This document shows positions 55,178-64,000 of a stretch of DNA of 64,000 bases, in pieces. Numbering within the stretch: the stretch's first letter is position 1; the number at the start of each line of letters is the position of its first letter. This DNA comes from Octopus vulgaris (lineage: Eukaryota). The position numbers were made by a program, and so were the translations under genes. The stretch is from contig OX597816.1 of assembly GCA_951406725.2 (NCBI GenBank), forward strand, positions 137,330,001-137,394,000, given 5' to 3'. The notes below the pieces were generated by a model. It saw only the letters and a program-made list of their open reading frames with translations, was not told where the DNA came from and did not search any database.

Positions 55178-55592
55178 GGCAGCGAGCTGGCGGAAACGTT
55201 AGCACGCCGGGCGAAATACTTAGCGGTATTTTGTCTGCTGCTACGTTCTGTGTTCAAATTCCGCCGAGGTCGACTTTGCCTTTCATCCTTTCGGGGTCGA
55301 TTAAATAAGTACCAGTTACTCACTGGGGTCGATATAATCGACTTAATCCGTTTGCCTGTCCTTGTTTGTTCTCTCTGTGTTTAGCCCCTTGTGGGTAGTA
55401 AAGAAATAGGTATTTCGTCTGCCGTTACGTTCTGAGTTCAAATTCCGCCGAGGTCGACTTTGCCTTTCATCCTTTCGGGGTCGATTAAATAAGTACCAGT
55501 TACGCACTGGGGTCGATATAATCGACTTAATCCGTTTGTCTGTCCTTATTTGTCCCTACTGTGTTTAGCCCCTTATGGGTAGTAAAGAAATA
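55178..55592 (+). mobile_element. Dimeric SINE family A with ~14-bp target-site duplication
   Basis: 184-bp unit repeated (55225, 55409); flanks agaatatagtaggaa (55163-55177) and agaatatagcggaa (55593-55606). Confidence 0.9.
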
Positions 55593-55989
55593 AGAATATA
55601 GCGGAACTGTATCCCATATTTGCAGACGGGTTGTTTCCTAGAGATGCAATTGAGTGTGTATTTACAGATGTGATGTGAAACCTCTTGGTCAAAGTTACAA
55701 CAAAACTAGTATAGAAAAATGTATGTTTTCTCTATTTACTTTTCGATTTACTTTCAAGTAAACACGCCCTCCCATATCCATGCACACTCACACACGCGCA
55801 GTTAATGTTTCAAATTGGACATTTCATCTCATCCCATTGGCTTCCTTTGTTTGTTCAGCATGCTTCATGAGGGTGTTTCAAACCTACTCTCACACCTCAG
55901 AACAACGTACACAGTCTACATACCAAGCCAACCGAGTATCATATTGTTTTTCAGTATTACAAGTAACGTCGTAGTTCTGCTAATGACAA

Positions 55990-56151
55990 AGCAATCCTGT
56001 TCTTGCGTCGTAAGGACTTTCAAGAGCACCTTTCAAGAAGAGATACGAGAATCTCTCTATGTTTCGCAGCACTTTAATTGCTTGTAAGGTATGCGTTTGA
56101 TCTTAAACACTTTGTGTGTTATTGACAATCAAAATTCTTCATCAGTGCCTG
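55990..56151 (+). mobile_element. PLE GIY-YIG fragment; ~100 bp repeated at 58166-58264
   Basis: RTFKSTFQEEIRESLYVSQHFNC; near-identical second copy 2.1 kb downstream. Confidence 0.55.
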
Positions 56152-56434
56152 TCTGGTGCATGACATTTTCATTTAATGATATCAGTTCTAATTTTCTTTA
56201 GTGCATTTTCAGGCAGTCTTTATATTTCTACTTTAGTTTGCCTTGTCGGCGCTTTAGTCGTACAGGACCTATTTTGGCAAACGACTTTTCTCCAGGCGTA
56301 CAATGTGGCTAGGCTTTCTCAGAAACTGAGATATACTGTATATACATGCTTACAGCATTGCTATACGAATATGAAAAGCGGACAACATATAGCAGACGTC
56401 TTAACAGACAACATATAGACAACATATAGCAGTT

Positions 56435-56800
56435 TGTGGAACATTTTCATGATACAGGGGTAATACTCATACTACAAGCTCATTTGTCAAACATGGAATT
56501 TATGTTAACGACACAGCGGCCCAGATGGTCTGGTCACATTGTACGCCTAGAGGACAAATGTTTCCCAAAGCAGGTACTGTTTAGTGAGGTGAATCAGAGA
56601 TAGCGCCTGCAAATGCAAGCCAAGGAAGAGATATAAGGTCTGACTGAAAAAATTAACTTAAGAAAATCAGTAATGATCGTTAAAAGGTCGTGGATGTTTG
56701 TAAACCATCACAATACTAACTACATATGGAGTAGTAGACTTTCCGGGATCAGTACCCTGAATGGAGAAATCAGCCACAAAAGTTCAAAAGCTGCTGATGA
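56435..56800 (+). mobile_element. RTE (BovB-like) LINE 3' fragment
   Basis: MEFMLTTQRPRWSGHIVRLEDKCFPKQVLFSE...KPRKRYK. Confidence 0.75.
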
Positions 56801-56944
56801 AAATTAGAAAAGATTCTTTAGTCATAACAGGATAACCAAACAAGCAGAAATATTAAAGAGTATCGGACGTACGTGCTTACAGTTTTACTATATGGCTGTG
56901 AAACATGAATGACATATAGCAGATACGCATATATATCTACGAAA

Positions 56945-56995
<51 letters not shown>

Positions 56996-57120
56996 TACAC
57001 ACATACATACATGTATAACAAATACATACATTCATACCTACATGCGTGCATAACATATACATATAAACAAGCATACATAGATACAACTTATATCTACATA
57101 CATGAATATATACTTATATA

Positions 57121-57282
57121 GGCGTAGGAGTGGCTGTGTAGTAAGTAGCCTGCTTACGAACCACATGGTTCCGGGTTCAATCCCACTGCGTGGCACCTTG
57201 GGCAAGTGTCTTCTGCTATAGCCTCGAGTTGACCAAAGCCTTGTGAATGGATTTGGTAGACGGAAACTGAAAGAAGCCCGTC

Positions 57283-57338
<56 letters not shown>

Positions 57339-57672
57339 TCCAAACAAGAAAGCACAAAAATACACAACATTATTGGACGCTCAGAAAAGAAGGAAAGAAG
57401 GAGGGTTTAACGTTTCGAGCGGAGCTCTTCGTCGGAAACATAGGAGAAGGAAAGATCCAGAGAAGGGAAGACAGAGGAAAAAAATCGCCAACGATAGTAC
57501 GTGTGTATATGTTTGTATGTCTGTTTGTCCTCCCAACATCACTTGACAACCGATGCTGGTGTGTTTACGTGCCCGTAACTTAGCGGTTCGGCAAAAGAGA
57601 CCGATAGAATAAGTTCTAGGCTTACAAAGGGGTTAATTTGCTCGACTGAAACAAATAAAATAGTAAAAAGAG
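57121..57672 (+). mobile_element. SINE family B split by an insertion in its internal (TA)n
   Basis: Head 57121-57283, tail ~57500-57672. Confidence 0.88.
57335..57497 (-). mobile_element. Hammerhead-bearing short element; motif at 57405-57439
   Basis: Reverse complement gttt CCGACGA a gagc tcc gctc GAAA cg TT aaac. Confidence 0.72.
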
Positions 57673-57899
57673 TACTGCGTACATACATATCTATATTGAT
57701 GTATAGCAACATTTGGACTAAATACTTGGACGCAAGGTGAGGATTCCATATGCGAAAATCCATTAATTACCTGCTACGACCAGAAATGTCCACAACGATG
57801 GACAAGTCTTTGCTTCTATAGAAAATAAGGAAGTTGAGGCTTAACATCGAGTCAAGCAACCATTGAATGTTGTATCACGTCCCCTCGACATCATCCTTG

Positions 57900-58264
57900 A
57901 TACATAAAGCAAATGGTATCATTAGAGATAAGAAACTTATCTATGGAATGCATTTCTCCAGTGTTGAACAGGTATATAGAGTTGTACTGTTTGTCGCTGC
58001 AAAAGCATCTGAGGAATGATATTATGTTTATCATGATAACGTTATGCATTTTGCTATCAACCCTCAGATAAACTGGAGTATTATAGCTTAGGCCAGCAAA
58101 CACAGGGTACGGACGGGACAGCAAATGTGAGCTCTGCATTAACGAAAATCAACATATCATACCATCTCTCTATGTCTCGCAGCACTTTAATTGCGTGTAA
58201 GGTATGCGTTTGGTCTTAAACACTTCAGTGTCACTGACAATCAGAATTCTTCATCAGTGCCTGT
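57900..58264 (+). mobile_element. PLE endonuclease C-terminal relics
   Basis: GYGRDSKCELCINENQHII (CxLCxxE motif), followed by the SQHFN repeat. Confidence 0.5.
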
Positions 58265-58456
58265 ATAGTCTTTTGTAACTTTATATATTCTCATTCAAGA
58301 TGCAGACGAATACCAACATTGCATGTGGAGAGGCTTGATAATTGCTAAGGAACTTTGTCTCGACATGAAATCAACTTATTAACTCACAAACACACACACA
58401 CACACACACACGCACACACACACACACATATATATATACACACACATACACAAACA

Positions 58457-59007
58457 CACAGACATGCAGGAAGTAAATAGACACCTTTAATTTTCAAAAT
58501 CTTTTATTTGAATATTAATTGGATGGAGGAGAGGTTTTCTTCTAGGTGCTCGTCCATAATACCCAAGCTTAACACGAGTTCATGGACTAACTTCTTGCTG
58601 TTTCGCAATATCAGAAGCCTTCGAACGGGGATCGTTTTCCACAATCCTCTTCAGACATTGAGCTTCCTTTCCGAGGGCCCAGGTCGACCGGGACGTGAAT
58701 CTGTTGATTCTTCCTTGGATTTTGAATTGTACTGTAATTCTATTAACAGTAGCAAGAGGAATTTTAAGATTTTCGGCAATATTTCGCTGGCTCAAATTCC
58801 CCTACAATACGACCTCTTTGAAAATCTGACAGTTCTGCTGAATTTTTTGTGCGTAACATGCTTACTCTTCGCAAATGTTTAATATAGTGGCACCTGGAAT
58901 GAAAAAGAATAATTACATTGTAAATTCTACAACGTTGAAAACATTAAGACGTTTAGATAAGAAATTTTGAAAATAAAATGTGTCTATTTACTTCCTGCAT
59001 GTCTGTG
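58457..59007 (-). mobile_element. Internally deleted Tc1-like transposon
   Basis: TIRs cacagacatgcaggaagtaaatagacac; minus ORF SQRNIAENLKIPLATVNRI...KRIVENDPRSKASDIA (paired-like HTH). Confidence 0.88.
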
Positions 59008-59022
59008 TATATGTGTGTATAT

Positions 59023-59102
<80 letters not shown>

Positions 59103-59105
59103 GTA

Positions 59106-59205
<100 letters not shown>

Positions 59206-59515
59206 ATATCTATTTACATATGTTGTGAATTGCTGGAAATACGGAATAGAAAAACAGCCGACAACTGATATAGGGCCGTCCTTTATGTTACTTGACTTGT
59301 TTTCCATTTGTTTCTTTCGTTGTTCAAAAAAGTTCATATTCCATGTATACGTATTTCGTATTTCATGTTGTTTCCGTATTTCATGATGTTTAGCGTTCTG
59401 TGACGTCCTGTGTCGACATATGCATATGTATATACATATATATGTATTTATATATGCATATATATATATATTATTTATATTATTATTATATATATATATG
59501 TATATATGTATATGC

Positions 59516-59602
<87 letters not shown>

Positions 59603-59727
59603 TGTATGTATGTATATAAGCGTCACTAAAGTGACTAACAGTGCAAATCAGTACCAGCATTGCTACAAATAAGAGTCAAAACAACTCTTAGCCATGGGCA
59701 AGCACTTTTGGTTTTGAAATTGTGGAT

Positions 59728-59912
<185 letters not shown>

Positions 59913-59927
59913 AATATGTGTGTATAT

Positions 59928-61012
59928 ATTTTTCACTGTCCTCTTCACACATGCACGAGATATCCTTTTGCCACTTCTACGTCGGACGTACATCCCGCAT
60001 ATCAGAACCAGTCTCATTAAACTTCGATTCATCGCAAAAATCAATCTGCGACAACTTTTGTGTCGAAACGACATGTTCGTGAGCAAAACGAAGAGAGGCT
60101 CTTTGATTCTTCTTGGAGATCAGAGGTTTCTTTGCCGGTGTCCGAGCAAGAAACCCGCAACTTCGTAACCTCCGAGAAATTGTTTGGCGCGATTAGTTGA
60201 CATCGGAAGTGGAGCTAAACTCGCGGGATATTCCAGCAGGACTCTTAAACATATCATTCCGTGACATTCTATCATCATCATCATTGTTCGACCGTGGTCG
60301 AGACAATGGAATTTACTATGCTACACCAGACTTCACGGTCCATCCTGGCATTACGGAGGTCCTGCTGCTGGATGCCTGTATCCCTGGAGATTACATCAGG
60401 GTAGGAGAGTGTGCGCCCTCTGGCATTGCGAGTAGATGGCTTCCAGAGGAGGAGAGTAGAAATTACCTCTTTTTCAGTTCTACAACAATGTCCAGCAAAC
60501 TGGACTCTCCTACCTTTCACAAGAGATGACACAGGTAGTAGTTTCCCATATATTTGCGTTTGGGTTGGATGGCGCTTCCACGAGAGATTTTGAGCTCTCA
60601 TAAGGAGGCATTCTAACTATAATACGATCCTGTCTTGGTGAAGTTTTACGAGGTTTTGGGGTTGAGCATCTGTCGATCCTGATGACTTAAAACGAGGTAC
60701 AATTCGTTGCACAACACTTCTAGACCTTCCTCCAGTAGTTGCTCTCATAGAATTTCACTTGCCCTTTTGGCGAAGGCACACCATCCTTTGTTTTTCAATA
60801 CAGGACACCGGTCGTCTCTCACAAGCCGCCATGTTGACAGTTGAATGTTCCAATAATATAAGATCATAAGAAGTAACTGTTAGCCCATTAACAGTCTTCT
60901 AAACAACAAATACCTCGGTTAGTAGTTCATTTTTTCTAAGTGACCCTTAATTTTTGGCCGCTGTGATAAAATGGCATTTCACGAATTTTCCACTTTTCTA
61001 GCGACCACCCTG
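59928..61012 (-). mobile_element. Tc1 transposon 5' half, interrupted by an RTE insertion
   Basis: Starts cagggtggtcgct; RSVVQRIV..KTSPRQDRIIVRM|SRND..SRQTISRRLRSCGF..PAKKPLISKKNQ..FCDESKFN. Confidence 0.85.
60272..60608 (-). mobile_element. RTE LINE 3' end with (TGA)n tail and 7-bp TSD
   Basis: ORF 60281-60601; cattcta duplicated at 60265-60271 and 60609-60615. Confidence 0.9.
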
Positions 61013-61037
61013 TGTGTGTGTGTGTATGTGTGTGTGC

Positions 61038-61079
<42 letters not shown>

Positions 61080-61368
61080 TCATTACAGATATAGGGTGAA
61101 AGATAATTAAGCAAGCATATATATATATGCTCGAAATAAGGAATAGATAGCCGACAACTGATTAAGAGTCGGTCTTTATGTTACTTGTCCTGTTTTCCAT
61201 TTGTTTTTCTCGTTGCTTGCGTATTGAACTCATATCTTTTCGTATTTCATGTTGTTTACTGTTGGTGATGACCTGTACCCATATGTGCATGTGTGTGTAT
61301 GTATATAAATAAAAATATGTATAATTATATAAAGTATGTATATATATGTATGTCTATATGTATATATA

Positions 61369-61676
61369 TCACATGATCACGTGACCGACCAGACCATTAG
61401 ATGTTGCTACACATCGCTGGTCACAATGCGTTCGCATTGTTTTAGCCTTCGAATGATGCCACCCAACTGGCTAAGCGAGCAGGCCAACAGAAGAAAGAAA
61501 GAGAAAGAGTGGTGAAGGAGTACAGCAGGGATCACCCCCCCCCCCCCCTGCCGGAGTCTCGTGGAGCTTTTAAGTGTTTTCGCTCAATAAACACACACAA
61601 CGCCCGGTCTGGGAATCGAAACCGCGATGCTACGACCGCGAGTCCGCTGACCTAACCACTGGGCCATTACGCCTCC
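61369..61676 (-). mobile_element. SINE family C head with RTE-derived tail
   Basis: Reverse complement ggaggcgtaatggcccagtggttagg...ggtttcgattcccagaccggg...gcattgtgaccagcg...gtctggtcggtcacgtgatc. Confidence 0.88.
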
Positions 61677-61706
61677 ACATGTATATATACATATATATAT
61701 ACATGC

Positions 61707-61768
<62 letters not shown>

Positions 61769-61897
61769 ATATATATATGTGTATGTATGTACGGATGTAT
61801 GTAAATATACATACAAACATACTAATATGTATGCAAATTCACACATACATACATACACGTTTATATATATGTAAATTTTTCTGTCTATCTCTGTCTG

Positions 61898-61964
<67 letters not shown>

Positions 61965-62751
61965 CATTCTGTCTATATATATATATATACACAGAAACAC
62001 TCATATGTATATATTTATCATCACGCGCACATACACACTGATATCTGCCTACCAATATGCATGCTTACGTAATCCTCTAATGCACACAGACGACAGAAAA
62101 TATAACGAAATACCACAAATGTACACTTTAAAGCAGACACAGTCAAGCACATGCAACATACCTATTCATGCAAGCATTCTGAGTATATGCAGTCAAACTT
62201 AAATTAGCACACAGGTACGCGGGTATAGACGCATACATATATATATGAAAACATGCACTGACACACTGACACACACACGCATACTTCACACAAATGTATA
62301 CAGTTGTATATATGCATATACGTACGTGAGTATATATACATACACACACACACATACACACGCACACACTTATATATATATATATATATATATACATACA
62401 TATATATACATATATATAAATATGTATGTATATATATATATTATATATATACATATATACATGTGTATGTATATATGCGTATATATATTTATACACACAC
62501 ATACATATACATGCATATATATATGTATACACACACACACGCAAATATATATGAATGCATACACATGTATATATGGGTGCGTGCCTCTATCTGACTCTCT
62601 CTTTCTCTCTCCACCTATTTATTCATCTATCTTTTTTCATATACATACCTGCATGCATATATTATATGTATGCACCTATGCATACATACAATATATGATA
62701 TATGTATGTCTATATACAAACACACTTATGAATACATATATATGAATATAT

Positions 62752-62818
<67 letters not shown>

Positions 62819-62906
62819 AATATTCATATCTGTATATACATCTATATACATATACATACGTACATATATATGTGTGTGTTTATGTATTCATATATATTCA
62901 TATATA

Positions 62907-62961
<55 letters not shown>

Positions 62962-63072
62962 GTATATATATATTAATGCACACACATATATACATATGTG
63001 TGTGTGTGTGAGTGTACGTGTGTATGTGTTTGTGTGTGTGTGTGAGTGCGTGTGCGTATATGTGTGTGTGTA

Positions 63073-63110
<38 letters not shown>

Positions 63111-63240
63111 TAAACTCATATCAATACGTAGTTAGTTTGATTGATTGATGATATAAGCCTACGGTAACCTATTGGTATTAATATTTGTCAGCGATTCAGC
63201 GATTCAGGAGGGAAAGAAATAGAGAAAGCAAACAAGGATG

Positions 63241-63275
<35 letters not shown>

Positions 63276-63476
63276 AAATGTGAGAAAGAAAAAGAAAGAA
63301 GAAGAGAAGGAACTCCGGCAAAAAGCAATTTGCCCGTCGAGCTAATGAGAGCATGTTGCATCAACTACGGTGAATACTAACTGTCGTGCGAACCTGCATT
63401 GTCAGCGTGCGTAAGAAGTTAAAGAAGAGGTTCATAACATAGATTAGCTTCTAAAAGGGCTTGTGCCTTATCTTAC

Positions 63477-63720
63477 CGAGATATATTACTCTGGGGTCAG
63501 CCGTATCTTGTCAGGACAATCCATCAACGTGACTTCCTCGGGTTTTCTCACTATCAGCCGCTATCAATAACATTCACTCTTTCAGTTCGCACCCTTCTGT
63601 CTCTTTCTCACTGTTCCTCTCTTTCCCCACTTCTCTCTTACTCTCTCTTACTCTCACTTTCACTTTCCCATCTCTCTCTCTCTCTCTCCCCCTCTCTCTC
63701 TTTCTCTCTCGCTCTCCCTC
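63477..63720 (-). promoter_or_regulatory. Possible non-coding first exon or promoter island
   Basis: Non-repetitive island downstream (minus strand) of (GA)n; GGAAGTCACGT motif; splice-donor-like CG|GTAAGA at 63477/63476. Confidence 0.2.
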
Positions 63721-64000
63721 CAGCATCCATTTCCGAAACACTCTTGTTTATTATTTTTTTGTTACTAATGTGTAGGTTACACACACACACTCGCACACGC
63801 ACGTACACACACATAAACGCGAGCGCGCGCGCGCGCACACACACACAGATACACACACTGTAGACACATAAGAGGGAGCATCAAAATTACGTGTATGTGT
63901 ATAAACATATATATTAGCCCACAGTTAAATATTTATTTATTACATATACACATATACATATATATACATCTATACATGTACTTATATATACATACATATA

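Overview
AT-rich, microsatellite-saturated eukaryotic DNA, most likely octopus intronic or intergenic sequence (judged from recognisable tRNA-derived SINE families and repeat style; not database-confirmed). No intact host protein-coding gene is visible, and most ORF-track entries are translated microsatellites. The window is a layered transposon graveyard: R4/Dong-type REL LINEs in (AAT)n tracts, RTE, CR1/L2-like, Tx1/L1-like and Penelope-like (PLE) fragments, a full-length decayed mariner, Tc1 relics and MITEs, non-autonomous Helitrons and four SINE families. The most striking unexplained structure is a set of about 14 minimal type I hammerhead-ribozyme motifs (stem I-CUGANGA-stem II-GAAA-palindromic stem III-UH-stem I'). 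They belong to several sequence-unrelated short non-coding elements lodged in or beside (TA)n tracts, several in head-to-head fold-backs, including a perfect 529-bp palindrome. The SINEs also show modular head/tail swapping, with tails matching LINE-like 3' ends elsewhere in the window. All calls were made by eye; degenerate element boundaries are approximate.
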